64,000 nt of DNA from Rhodosorus marinus CCMP1338 (taxonomy: Eukaryota; Plantae; Rhodophyta). Positions 1 through 13,254 of the stretch are shown one piece after another (position 1 is the stretch's first letter; the number at the start of each line of letters is the position of its first letter). The position numbers were made by a program, and so were the translations under genes. The notes under the pieces are model-generated. The model was not told where the DNA came from. It saw only the letters and a program-made list of their open reading frames with translations, and searched no databases. Location: positions 1,860,001-1,924,000 of the forward strand of contig JAMWBK010000003.1 of NCBI GenBank assembly GCA_029953675.1. The letters run 5' to 3'.

Positions 1-684
1 CTTTTGAGTTCTAGGGTGATTCCAAAGGGAGGGGATGGTTGACTTCGGAGGGAGAGGGAAGCGGAACGAATGTTGCGAAGAACGTGAAGGCTGAGGAAGT
101 TTTAGACCAGGCGTTTGTCTTTTCATTTGCGCTTTTAAGAAGAGCTTTCGGAGGTTTGTTTGGGTTTGTTAGTCTCGAGTACGTGTATCTTGCCAAGATT
201 AGAAAAGTTGCGATAAACAAGTTTGGGGATTAGAAAAGGCGGAAAAGCGACAGCGAGAGCGAGTTTGTGACCAGAAAGCGTTGAAGACTTGTTTGTTTGG
301 GCGGTGCTTGACCAGTTCTAGCTCTCTTAGGTGTTGTGCAGTGACCGAGGTTCCCTTTCAGTCGTGCAAGGCGAAAATCGTTTTACTATTGTTGGCTTGA
401 AGGGATTAACGCAGTGGATATATCAGGTTGGCAAGGGGAAGATGCCCGTTTCCGTGCACGGGAGGTAGGCGGTGAGGGAGCCTTTTTTTCACGTTCAAGT
501 TCGCAGCAGAAGTGAAGGTCATACGGTTTGCTATGGCAGACGTTTCCTGGTGGAGAGCCTGGTGAAAGAGGGTTTTATGGGTGTCAGGAGTTGAGCGAAG
601 GAAAACTGGATAGACGTTTGAGTAGCTAACGGTCCCAGCTAACAGGTCGCTCGATTTCAGTTTTCAGAGGCTCTTTGTCCCAGA

Positions 685-3251
685 ATGGATGCACGAGACT
701 CGGAGTTGTCATCAACATCTCCAGCAGAAAACGGTGGAGATGAATCGGTAATAGCTGTTCGATTTGCTAGCGACACCAAGGAATCGACGGCTTTGTCTAT
801 GGACGAAGATTTTAGCACATGGGTGAAGGAGCCTGGAGCTGGGATGAAATCTATGGTCCTAGAGGCAACAGAACCCAGGCTGAAAATTGAAGTCATCAAT
901 GGAACGGAAGTTAATCGAAGTATCATTGTGTATTTAATTTGCTTCGTTCTTACGTTTGCATTCTCCGTTGCATTTATCGTGCTTGTGAACGTGGCATGGG
1001 GGTTTGACTATGTCCTCGGAGGCGTTACATACTTTTTTTTCAAGTCGCCGGATAGTTTTGAAGTCTTCACCAGGATAATAGAGGCGATCATGTCCGGGAT
1101 GCTTCTGGTTTCAACGTTCCTGTATTTAATTGCAGTTCTCAGAGTGCCAAAGTCGAAGCGTACCCGCGAGATGGTCTTCGTTCTACTACTGGGCCTTAGC
1201 AATGGGCTAGTTCTCCTTCCGCTCCTTCAGGATTCTTATCTACAGCAGTTGGAAGAATATGAAACTATCCCGTGGCCCAGCTATCTCGCCCTGACTACGG
1301 CCACCTCTGTACTTCAGGGATTCCTCGGAACCTGCGGAATCTGCGTATACGTCTGGTCAATGGCCATAGGATTCCGAATGCAACCGGGAGAAAAATTCGG
1401 GAGAACGTACTACTTGAAGATGGCATATTTAGCGATGTACCTGCTCATTCGTATACTTCTCGGTGTTTTTTCCAAGATCTATTTTTCCTGGATCCCATTC
1501 CTATCCCTGGTCACCGGAGCCAGCAAATACGGCAAGTCTGGATCCGACCTCGGACCCTCGCAACTAACTTCCATCATTTTGATGACTGTACTAGAAGTCG
1601 TACTGGTCTCGATGATATCAACAGAGATAGTCCGAACGAATCAACACGTTGACAAGCTGGACTACCTCGAGCGTAGAACCACGAGAATTGCCTTTATGTG
1701 AGCAACTCTGGGCCACACAAAAACCCTTTCTTGAGACGATTTGAAGCGGAAGCAGCTCATGCAAAACAAAATCTTTCCTTCATTGACGGTCATTTGTAGG
1801 CAATTCCAGTACTACACGGGGCTGACCTTCGGGTACACAATCATCGTGTCTACCCTCGTTGTTCTGCTTACGACGAACGACTTGATTCTGTTGGGTGCAA
1901 AGTTCTGGGGGTACTCATTCTTTACTGTACAATACGGTCAGCTTGTCTACGTTCTAGTCATCCCCGCATATGTGATGATACAGCTTTACTTCCTCCTTCC
2001 GGCCAGCGCACCCAAGTTTATGCAGGCGATGCGATGCAAATGCAAGCTGCAAAATGAATCAATGGTACGTGTTCCGTTCTTGTTTGTCCAGTGGGAGTGA
2101 ACCAGTGCAGGGACTCACATTCCGAAATCGGCATTCCGGTATTCTTCTCATGTATAGTTGTCAGATGATCAGTTTTCGCTTCGACCTCTTGAACGGCCGG
2201 GCGACCCAACTTTCCGCAAGACTAGCTTCGTGTTGGAGACGTGCATGATCATGCTGAACCTCAGCTGGTTGCCCTACAGTTATGGGAGGAAGTCCAAGAC
2301 GCCTTTCGCTCCCATTGTGAGGCTTTCGACACTCTTCGCTTGGTAGGATGCTCATTGGCGCGCAGTTTGAACTCAAGAGAAGCCCCCCCTCGCGACTTTT
2401 CATAGGATTTTGACGACGACCGTTTCGTAGTATCAAAGTACGTATTTGACGAGGAAACGGACACGCACGCGCTGATCATCGAGGCGGAGGACAGGATTGT
2501 CATAAGCTTTAAGGGCACACAGTCCCGGCGGAACCTCAAAACTGACCTCACGGCGAGCCTTCTACCGGCATCCGCGATTGCTGCCGAGCCTGGGACAGTG
2601 CTGAAGAATATCCCAGGACGCAGGGCCCTGTTCATGCCAATACCACTGTGCCACTCTGGGTTTGTGTCGGCGTACAGGTCTGTACGGCAAGCCATTCGGA
2701 AGGAAGTTGATCGGTTGCTGCTTGAGCGTCCACGTCCTCTGTTCTTTGGTGGGCATTCTCTTGGAGGTGCATTGGCAACTGTTGCTAGCTACGATCTCCA
2801 AAAGCAGTTGCCAAACACTGCAATGTTCGTTTTCACGTTTGGGAGTCCGCGGGTAGGAAATTTGTTTTTCGCTCAGGAGTACGATGAGCTGGTAGAGCAT
2901 TGCTGGAGGGTGGTTTCCGCGAAGGATCCAATCACGAAGGTTCCGCTGCCACTGTTCTTCTCCCATATCGGCCAGGCGGCGCTGCTTAGTGAGGCTGGAC
3001 TACTATATATAGACCCTGGATTTTTCGAGATGGCCTGGATGCATTCCACCATGGGGCGGTGTACTTGCAAGGAGTTGAACCTGAAGAGGCACAAGAGAGA
3101 TGCCTATATTAACTCATTTAGGAAGTTCTGTTACACCCGCTACGGAGCACTCGCGGATGAACGGCTGAAAATATGGGACTTCAGAGCGGCGGGTCTCAAT
3201 ACCAGCGTGAACTCCTCATTGAACTCTGTCGAGTCAACGGACACTTTCTGA
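685..3251 (+). CDS. Multi-pass (~8 TM) membrane protein fused to a C-terminal class-3 (fungal-type/DAG) lipase, paralog 1; spliced
   Basis: ORFs 685-1701, 1741-2100, 2158-2346 and 2598-3251 join through GT-AG introns (first is 1698-1799). The lipase part has CHSGF, GHSLGG (nucleophile), FTFGSPRVGN, KDPI and HIG motifs. About 8 hydrophobic segments lie N-terminal to it. Confidence 0.9.
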
Positions 3252-3849
3252 GTAACTGGGCACGCAAAAGCATGTCGACTTTGATAAACGTCTGGCCTTG
3301 GAAGCTCGAGAGCCCCGACTGGTATTTTGCTGGTGCGATCGCAAACCAGTACCTGAGACCTTTCTGATCTGGGGGCTTGTCCTTGATTATGATGGAGGGC
3401 GGTATTGCAATTATCGAGGGAAGGATGAACATGATGGGAAGTGCCGGTTGAGATCCAACCCGTAAAAGGGGGTTGGACGTGAAAGCTGCTCTTCAGACCC
3501 AGTCCGAGGTTAGCTTTTTTGCGTAGACGAAAGCGCGCGAATGGCTGATGGGAGTGGTGGACGGGTGATTGGCGCGTTTGAGCCGAAAGGAATGTGGTTG
3601 ATTGTTTCTTTTTCATGAGTGCAACCCATGGGGAAGACAGCTCGAGCACAGATTCTGTGGACGGAGGCGCGAAATTTATTGAGTATCCACACACGCAACG
3701 CAGTATTGTTCTCGGGTAAACAGGCACAGCTATCACATATTTTATTGAAGGTAATCTAATGACCGTCGAGGGTTTACCACAATACAGTTCCACCCCGAGG
3801 CGCAAAACTCCTCAGCCAGGCCACAAACAAAAGCTACCATCCCCATCAT
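3140..3849 (-). other. Possible small unannotated minus-strand gene; structure unresolved
   Basis: 221-codon open frame at 3140-3805. An MMGMVAFV start at 3849 lies in another frame. A branch point plus acceptor (gctaac...gagcag) occurs near 3487, and a G-rich minus-strand tract lies upstream at ~3950-4030 as for other genes. No recognisable homology. Confidence 0.25.
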
Positions 3850-4533
3850 TCTGCTACCTAATTCAACCTCTCAGAACCCATCAACCAGCATACCAGTCTC
3901 GATCAATAAGCCATCCGTCAGGAGAATTCCCAAAATCCATTCAAGGCAGGTCAGTCACCTCCACACCAGCTATCCCTCTCTCTCCACCCCCACCTCTCTG
4001 CCCGTTTCTGTATTCTCCTAGAAAAAGCCCCCTGACACAAGAAAAACTATTAAATAATGAAAACCACGCTGTTCATTTGAGCAGTAAGCAAAAATTCGTA
4101 TCCTAAAATAATATCCTTCTAGGAAAAATAAATAGTAATTTTAGGGGAGAATCTAATTTTAGATAGAGAATATCTGATTTAGAATTACCGGTACGAAATG
4201 TCTGGAAGGAGTAATGAGGGAGCAGATGGAAGGAGATGGAGGAGGGGGAAGAAGAGGCAAGAAGAGGCAAGAAGAGGGAAGGAGAGGGAAGGAGAGGGGA
4301 GGATGGGAAGAGGGAGGGTAGAGGGATGGATGGACTGGAGTAATAGAAGGATTTTTTTGGGCAGGTGGTGGTGAAAGGTTTTTTGGGGTTTAGTTAATTA
4401 GTACTGTCCTGTGGTTGTGGATGAGAGGACTGGTTTTGGAAGTGTTGTTATTTAGATATGAAGTGGACCAGTGCATGGTTTTTGTATGGTGCAGCTTAGA
4501 ATGGTTTTGGTTGTGGTTGGACATTGAGACAGG

Positions 4534-7236
4534 ATGGATGATTTGGAGGAAGGACGTTTCCCTCTGGAGATAACTCCGGAGCATACGAATGAGCAAGGGT
4601 CTATTTCCGTTACTTATGATAGTTTTGGGACATATGGATATTCGATGCCGAATGTTGTGCCGGATCCTCTACTGAAGATTGAAACGTTGCATGCCTCCCA
4701 GCTGACGGGAGTGACAGTTGTGTACGTACTGTCCATGTTTTACATGGTCGCATTTACTGTTGTATTCCTGGCGATGGCGAACACTTCCTGGTTAATCCCA
4801 ATAACGCTCGGGTCGATTACTTACCACGGGGTTATCCCGACTCTGTGGTTTCGGATTTTCGAGTTTGCGGTGGAAGTGCTTGTGAGTCTCGCGCTTATAG
4901 GCATGTTATGCTTCTACCTAGGAGCCGTCTTGGCTACTCCCAAACGGAATCGAACTAGGGAAATGGGCTTTGTCTTTGTCTTGGGCCTCTCCTGCTCGGT
5001 TATCTACATGCCGGTCTTCAACACAGTGTTTCTTCCCCCGGTGATTGTCAACGATCCAAGCTGGCTCCCGATCCTCCGTGTTTCTACGATTCTTTCCTCG
5101 TGCGTAGGCATCACGGGCATAATTTTATATATTTGGTCAACGGCCATTTCGTTCCGAACGAAGAGAAGGTCTTGGTTTCATTGGACTTATTGGCCTAAAA
5201 TGTTCTTTCTAGTCCTCTACTTGATAATCCGGATCCTGGTATCTTTCTTTGCCAACATCAATTTCAACTGGCTCATGTTGTCGTCGCTACCAGTCGGTAT
5301 CCAGATTATGGTTGCTGAACACACGCTATCGCCCGGATTGCTGTTCCTCTTGGTCGCAAACCTGGTGCAAGAGATGATCATTGTAGCGTGTATCGAAAGG
5401 GAAATAAGACTGACCGACACGTACATCCGCTCCCTCGATTACCTCGACTATCGATCGCTCCAAATTGGGTTTAGGTGAGCGCTTTTCTCTTCCACGGGAC
5501 GACTCCAAGCTGCTTGAAAATTTCGTGTCCTAAGTTCTCACGGACGAGTGTGCAAATTGGACAACCGACTGAACAGGCAGTTTAAATACTACTTAGCCAC
5601 AACGTTCATCTTGACGATCATTTTCGGGTTGCTGAATATCATGCTCTCGAGCAACGACTTGATGGTGATTCTGGCGAAGTATCAAGGCGTTTACCAGCTT
5701 CGTCCATCATCAGGAAGGCTGTCCTATTTGACACTCATCCCAGCCTTCGCGCTTCAGCAGCTGTTCTTCATGCTACCCGCATCAGCCCCAAGGTTGGTGG
5801 ACCTCATCAGATGTCGTTACAAGAGTTCGCACAGCGTATGTATTCTCAACAAGCAATGAACGTGAAGCCACTGTTGCAAACAGAACGCTGACTATCTTCA
5901 CATGTCTACCTCGGAACCCCACACAGCCTACTGAAAGCCTGTTTAGGTACAGGGTTTTTGAGCGCAAGGATGACCCGAAGTTCAAGAGCACCAGCTTTGT
6001 CATGGAAACCTGCATCTCGCTTTTCAATCTGGCATGGCTTCCGTACTCCTATGGCAAAGCACAGAAGCAAACTCGGACACCACAGGTGAGAACCGTTACC
6101 CCGCCCAAATTGCGAGCATTTTTTTTTTGCTGAGCTCTCGACCTTCACGGATCTGCTCGTGGTGGGGACACAAGACTGACCTATCTGCGATTCTGAATTT
6201 ATTTCAAATGTAGGATTTCGGAGATCATAAGAACAAGGTGGTGTCGTATGTATGTGATCAAGAGACGGACACACACGCGCTGGTTCTTGAAGCTGAGGAT
6301 CGAATTGTGGTGGCGTTCAGAGGTACTTCTTCCACTAAGAATGTCGGGACTGATTTAAGAACACGACGTGTGCGTGTTGATGTTCTCGATAACGAGATTC
6401 CCGAGAGCAGTGGGCGTTATTGCAGGAGGAGAAACACGTCGCTGGTGCACAAGGGGTTCCTAAACGTGTATGAGACAGTTCGGAAAGAGATTCTGGAGGA
6501 GTTGCAGCGTTTGTATGGAAATAAGCCGCGCCCGATCTTCTTTACCGGCCATTCTTTGGGAGGCGCTTTAGCAACGCTCTGCAGCTACGACGTTTCTAAA
6601 AGAATGCATTATGAAGAAGGAATCTTTGTTTACACCTTCGGAAGTCCGAGGGTCGGAAACCTCCATTTTGTTAACGAGTACAATGCGCTAGTTCCCTGTG
6701 CTTGGAGGTTGGTCAACTCCCACGACCCTGTCGCGAAGATGCCGCCGGCGTTTCTCTTTCACCACGTTGGGCAGAGTGCGCTTGTTACCGCGAACGGAGA
6801 ACTCTTCATTGATCCCACCATGTTCGAAATGACTTTTATGCACTCTTCGTTCCTGTCGCTGGGTCTCAAACACCACACAAACAGTGGATATGCGAAGGCG
6901 CTTACTGCATTTGTCGAGCGGAGACACGGAAACCGTATGGGCTACCGAGGTGTCATATGGAAGGCTAAGCTGCTGGAAACCGGTTCCCATGTCGGGGGGA
7001 CTTCGGGGATCCCGACAGGACTACCGGTCCCCTCGGATGCTTTTCCACTCAGCAGGATACTGGAAGAGAGACCTCCTATGGCACCGGCAAGTTCACCAAT
7101 ATCACCTGCGCTGCGAGTATCGTGCGAAGTTGTCGAGAAAAGCAGTTCACGAATCTCGCCTGCAAGCACTCGGCAAGCATCAACGTCGCAGAATCACAGT
7201 TCAGGGGTCAAGATAAGCTTCCGCAAGATCAACTAG
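4534..7236 (+). CDS. Multi-pass membrane protein-class-3 lipase fusion, paralog 2; spliced
   Basis: Same domain order and apparently the same intron positions as 685-3251 (e.g. GFR|QFKYY vs AFM|QFQYY). Motifs VAFRGT, VHKGF, GHSLGG, TFGSPRVGN, HDPV are present. Confidence 0.9.
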
Positions 7237-7765
7237 ATCCAGGATGCTACATCGAGGCACAGGACTTTGCTTCGCTGTGTTGTATTATATGTATGCGACA
7301 AACCTGTTCAACCCAGACTTGGTCCGGGGTTCTGCTTGGGTTCGTCGAATCAAATCTGTTTACTAACTTTGACTGTATGCGTTATCAAAAATATACTGAT
7401 GTTGTAACAAACAGGAGGCTGTGGGATGGGGCTGCACAAGGTTTTGATGCGCAACAAGTCGATCGGAGCTAGCACGCACCGGAGCCATTAGAAAAATCCA
7501 GCCAGCGGACAGCTGTGGAGTTTCTTATTTTCAGTCAGTCGCCAGCGACGTGACCATGGCCGCTACATCCGCCAGAGTGCTCACTTGCACAGGATGCTTC
7601 AAAAGAGCCGAATCAGCAAACTTTCTGTCCCTAAAGAGGGCTCGCGACTTAGTGCCGGATGGACTTGATTTTACAAAGATAAAACAGTTCAATATTTATT
7701 ATTATTCACATTGAGGAAATTCAGTCATACATAGGAGACGAAGAGGAGATCAACATGCGGGATCG

Positions 7766-10700
7766 CTACCTCTTCAGAAACCTGAAATACTTGAAGCCAA
7801 TTAGACCCACCAGCCGCGAGAAGACTATGAAGGCAATCAAAGCGGCAATGGAGATCCACATATTGTAGTCTGGTACATCCAGCATGGTCAATACTTGATC
7901 CCCGCTGGTGATCGGGCAGAAGACACATTCCGTGCTGTTTGACGGGTTTGTAATGTACTGCTGCGTTGCTGGAATAGTTTCGCAGGAAGGATATTCGTAG
8001 CTTGAGTTGGTTGCTCCTGGATAGGTGAACTCCAGGTACTCATCGGCAGTACAGAAGAATTCTGTGCCGGTGAGTGTGTTCTTCATATTTCCGACCATGA
8101 AGTACGCCGTCGGGTTAATCCAGTATATCCAGATGTACCACGGCGGGATCTCGTTTCGGGTGATAAGGAATCCAGCGAGCAGATTGAGAACCGCGTTCAT
8201 AAGCGGCACCAGGATGAGGCCGATGTCGATGGTCGGAGATATGGCGCCGAACATTGCTCCAGTTGAGATGGCCCAGGTTCCGTACAGAATGACGGAAAGC
8301 AGAAAGTAGCCGTAGCCCGCTGCCTTGAACCCGATCAGGAAGTAGAGGGTCACCGAATAAAGCAGTTGCGAAACCAGGTTGAACGGCTGATCGGTCACGA
8401 GCAGTGGAACGTAATACGCTCCTGGAGTGTAGTATCCTGCAGACGTCTCCCTGTAGAACGCGACACGTCCGTTGATGACCGTTGCCACAGCATTGTTGAT
8501 GGACATGAGCGCCGTGAGACCAGCCATAAAGGTAGCGGCAACCAACAAGTTCGCGCCGTTCTGATCCTTCTGAACCTGGAAGTAGGAAAAGCCGAGGAGG
8601 AGCGCCTGGACAAGAGCGGAGAGGATTCTCGAGTAGTTGTATTCTGGAGTTCTCCAATACACGTTCATCTGTCTCTTCATGTTGACACGGAGCTGAGTCC
8701 AGAAGTTTCTCGCGAATTTATGCTCGAAGTTGATATGTTCAACATCTTCTGGTACAATCCTGGGACGAGCATCAGGGCCTTCAAGGGCATCGATGAGCGC
8801 TTTGTTCTCCGGTGAGTTGTTCCAGATCTCGCCCCAGTCCTGCTCAGCGCGATTTTTGGCTGATACTCCTGCACAGATCTGGTCGAGCATGTAGTCGGCT
8901 GGGTTTGCCTCTGCGTCCATCGGCTCAGCACCGTTTCTAACAAAGTATGAAGTCATGATGCTGCTGCTTTCGCCAAGATCACCAAAGTAGACCGTCTTTC
9001 CACCTTGCTGTAGCAGCAGGAGGCTGTCGAAGCAGTAGAAGACCTCCCTCGAAGGCTGGTGGATAGTGCACAGGACAGAGCAGCCAGTGTCGGCAACTCT
9101 GCGAAGTGCATTGGCGACTTTGAGGGCAGCGCGAGAATCTAAACCGGAGGTGGGTTCATCGAGGAAGAGCACAGACGGCTTCACGACGAGCTCAACCGCA
9201 ATGGTTAGCCTCTTTCTCTGCTCGTCACTCAGCGCTTGGGCCTGCCCGGGCGTACCAATGATGCTGTTCTGAAGCTCACGAAGCTCAAGAAGGTCCAAGG
9301 TCTTCTCAATAAGCTCAGACCGTTCCTCCTCGCTGACGTCGTGTGGCAGGCGAAGGGCAGCAGAGAACTCGATAGCCTCACGAACAGTCGTCTTCGAGAT
9401 GTGAATGTCCATCTGCTCGACGTAGCCAGAGAGTCTGCAGAAAAGCTCATCTTGATCATGTCCGTTGACCTTGACATCTCCTTGGATCGACCCCTTGTTC
9501 TTCCTCTGAGCCAGGACGTCCATGAGGGTAGTCTTTCCAGCTCCAGAAGCCCCCATCAACGCACACAGCTTTCCTGGAACCGCGTATCCGGAGATGTTGT
9601 CGAGGAGTTGCTTGGTCTCCCCCTTTCCCATCGGCACATCGTAGCTAACACCCTTCCACGTAAAGTATGCCCGCTTGATCCCGACGCTAGAGGTTTCATC
9701 TGGAAGCTCAACTGAACTCATATCGTCTTCAATTCCCCTAGAAGCTTTACGAGAAACCAGGGTCTTTCCGCGGAGGCGCTGGCGCCTAGCGAAAATGATG
9801 ACACCCACGAAAAGCAGGAGAATCGTTCCCCAAAGTGTTATAAGGGAGTAGCTAATCCAATCCTGGTCTGCCGGGAAGCTGTATCTGTCGTTGATGTAGT
9901 CGGCTCCCGAGCCCACAGTACAGGTCCTGTCGGAGATCGGTACGTAGGGGTTGGCAGGAATTCGCTCGTCTTCGTCGCAAGTAAACTCCAAGCCGGTGAA
10001 CTCGTTGTACATCAGACCGCGGTAAGCAAACTGCACCGGTGACATCCAGTAGATCCAGATGAACCAGTCCGGAACCGAGGCCAGTGGAATCAGGTACCCA
10101 CTGTAGATGATAAACGAGACGGCAAGCACGCCGATGAGCATGATAGCTCCGTCCGATGTTGGAACAACGACGGTGACGAACCGGGCCATCATTTCCATCG
10201 TAGTGGCGAGGGTCAGGATCATGAAGTAGAAGTAGGCGTAGTGAATGCCTGCATCGCTCAAGTTGAGTCCAACCATGAGATAGATCAGGGTCGAGAACAC
10301 AACGCAGATGATCGCGTTCTTTATGAACGCATCGATAACCCCGGACAAATGGAATGGCGACGCGTGGTAGAATCGAGATTCCCTCTGCTTAAGAAACACA
10401 CAGTTATACTTGTACTTCTTCGCAACACCGCTGACTGCTGATATCGCAAAAATAGTGCAGACCATGAAGAGCAATCCAGTTCGCGTGTATGCCCCACTAG
10501 CTGTCAAGGGGAGCTGCCAGAACATAGTCCCCACGAGAAAAGCGATGAGAATCTTTGTCCCAAAATCGGTCATCACCGTCCTCCGATCCCAGCTCAGTCT
10601 CATCGATCGTCGAAGTAGGTAGCAAAACTGGGACGGGTACGTTTGTAGGCATTCCCTCTTCAGGATCTTCTGATTTGACTTCGGAAGCTCCGATTTAGGT

Positions 10701-12113
10701 ATTGCATCTCCGCAAACACCCTCCTGGAGTTTTTCTAGGACGTCAGCGTAGTGCTCAGAGTGGTGGTACAGTTTTTCAAACTCCTCAACAGTCTTCGGAG
10801 CGCTTCCGAGGCATTCCACTTTCGTTACAGATTTGGAGATTAACGGGTCCGAAACAGACAGCATAAAATCTGCCATAGAGCGCATTGGAGGTCTCTCAAA
10901 GCCGATAGAGTTGAAATATCCTTCCACCTCACCCACTCCACCAAAGTAGATACATTTTCCTGAATCGAGCAGCATGACCTGAAAAAAGACATCGCAACAG
11001 CTCAATTCTTCAGTCAACGCAGAGTGAAGTTGAGGGAATGCTTTGTATCGGGCATCCTTTTTTACCTTATCAAAGAGACGAAAAGCCTCGTTTCCAAGCT
11101 GCTGAAGTGAGCAGAAGACGACGGAGTTGAACTCCTTGGCGTATTTATGGATGCCAGTGCAGATATCCAGAGTTGTTGCCGCGTCCAGGCCTTTCGATAT
11201 GTTGTCGAGGAAAACAACTGAACCCATTGCTCCGCACAGAGTTTCCGCGATACTGACCCTCTTCCGTTCTCCTCCCGATACCCCCCGGAGTGACTCATCT
11301 CCTACAGGCAAGGACAAGACATGATTGATTCCAAGGAATCTTGAGATCAGCTCCACTCGGTGACTTCGAACAACCTCAGCGAACGGCCAAAAATCCGGGA
11401 CTCCACACCGAGCAGCAAACTCAAGAGTCTCCTTCACGGTGAGTTGCGGGAAGTGAAAGTCATCCTGTCTGACCCTCACAATATTGTGATTGTAGAGCTG
11501 TCCAACCCTCTTGTCCCAAATATCGTCTCCGTTGTAGAGCACCTCACCACCAACTTCCTTGTAGGTCTTCGTCGCTCCGGAAAGTAGGTTGAGGAAGGTA
11601 GAGGTTCCAGCCCCTGGTGGTGACTGGATAAGCACCAGATCACCCTCCTTCGCATAGCCAGAGACGAGTGACAAAATTCTTTTGTCCTCGGACTTTTCAA
11701 AATTGCAGGCTGCTACCTTCGAGAGCTTCTTCACAGGCTTTTGAAGTCTTGCACCGACTGTGTCGTGTCCTGATGTCTCGGAGTAGGGCACATCAGCGGT
11801 CAGCTACGGTTTACAACAAAGAACCCGGGAGTCAGAACATCGTGTTGTGGAGGTGGAGAGAAGAACGTCGCTTCAGGTGAAAGATACTCACGTTGTTCCA
11901 AGAGACGGCGAAGCCCCCGTAACCGTTGCCTGTGAAGTCCCTAACAAACTGCTGTGTAACTTCCCGATACGCTTCTTTATCAAACTCCGTCGACCACGGA
12001 TTGTTCCTCGGCTCCTCGTACCACTTCCCATACCTTTGCTCAATCGCATCCTTCTTCTCATACAAGTCATTCGCGTTCTTTCCAGCAACCAATCGTTCCA
12101 ACTTCTCAAACAT
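7766..12113 (-). CDS. Full-size PDR-type ABCG transporter (NBD-TMD-NBD-TMD), copy 1; 2 introns
   Basis: NBD1: PPGAGTST, VSGGERKRVS, FLDNISKGLD. NBD2: GASGAGKTT, LSDEQRKRL, LFLDEPTSGLD, TIHQP. Two TMDs. Introns at 11804-11891 and 10979-11065 (the second is in frame within the 1341-aa ORF). Confidence 0.95.
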
Positions 12114-13254
12114 CTCGCCGTGCTTTCCCACTATTCTACACCCATCTCACTCACTCTCCTCTTGCACCAACTCTTTACTCCTCACTTTCGAACATCTACA
12201 CAGTGCCACTCCCAATCCAGTACATTCACTCCTCTATTATATACACGCAAAAAAACCTCAAAACAGGATAATGTCAGCCCTTCAAGAATCCTATCGATCC
12301 ATTCATTCATTGATTCTTCCAGTAATTTTCGAGATCTATTCTTAACCTCTATCAGTAAGGAACAGTTCACAAAAAATTGCTCACGCTTCCTAAGAGTCTC
12401 ATTTCTTCCCCTCTCAAACCTAATTCGAAAACAAATTTTTAAGAAAACCTAAAAGCTTTCCCCACACTTGCTCTCCCCTCCCCCATCCTCCCTCCCTCTT
12501 CCCCCCACCCGCTCCCGCTAACCGTTTTCCGATGTCCAACCACCAACCACCCGCAAAAAGCTGACACCTTATGTGACATCCATCCAAATTCCTAAAAATA
12601 GAAACCTTCCTTTAGATCAACGATTAAAAGACAAACACATAAAATTAACGATACAACATACGAAAACTCCATGAATAATACCATATCCTTGAATTCATTT
12701 ATTCTTAATTAATTCAACCCTGACCGCTCTTCCGCTTTTTCTTTTGATGAAAACAATTCTAGCATATCCACTTTTTATTTTGTATTTTTTCAGTATTGTA
12801 ATTATGTTCTGGTGCAAATATTTTGGACATATGTGTTTAAATATTACTTAATTCCATATACGAGATCCAATGATAATCGGGATATTTTACCCCCTGACGC
12901 CCGAGATGGATATCATATAATTGGAATGTTTTTGAGAGTAAGTCCCTTATTCAATCAATTTGTATCAATTATAAACGAATAGAAATGGATAGATAGATTA
13001 AAATAGATTGAACTAAGTATTTTTGTCAGTTTATATATATTTGTTTGTAATTTTCTGGGTTTTTATATTATGAAATACAAATATATTTTGACAATGCGAA
13101 GATCTATTAATAGAAGATCTTGTGCTGATCGGAGGTGAATGCTTGTCCGTATATACTGGGCGGGGGGGGCCCCTGGGGGGAACCAGAATAGTCCCGAGTG
13201 GCAAAAACAGACTAGTGAACGCGGATAATATCATGCGCCTCGAACATCGAATAC

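Noticed and set aside
10979-11065. Stop-free 3n introns (also serpin 54181-54255 and ZFPL1 51967-52050) as a programmed intron-retention system
   Set aside because: About 3-4 such introns among ~35 is roughly what chance predicts for ~80-nt introns.
11847-12452. 201-aa plus-strand ORF and the many other antisense ORFs over the ABC, lipase, CWC22 and hydrolase genes
   Set aside because: Shadow frames of real genes or of pyrimidine-rich UTR; no independent evidence.
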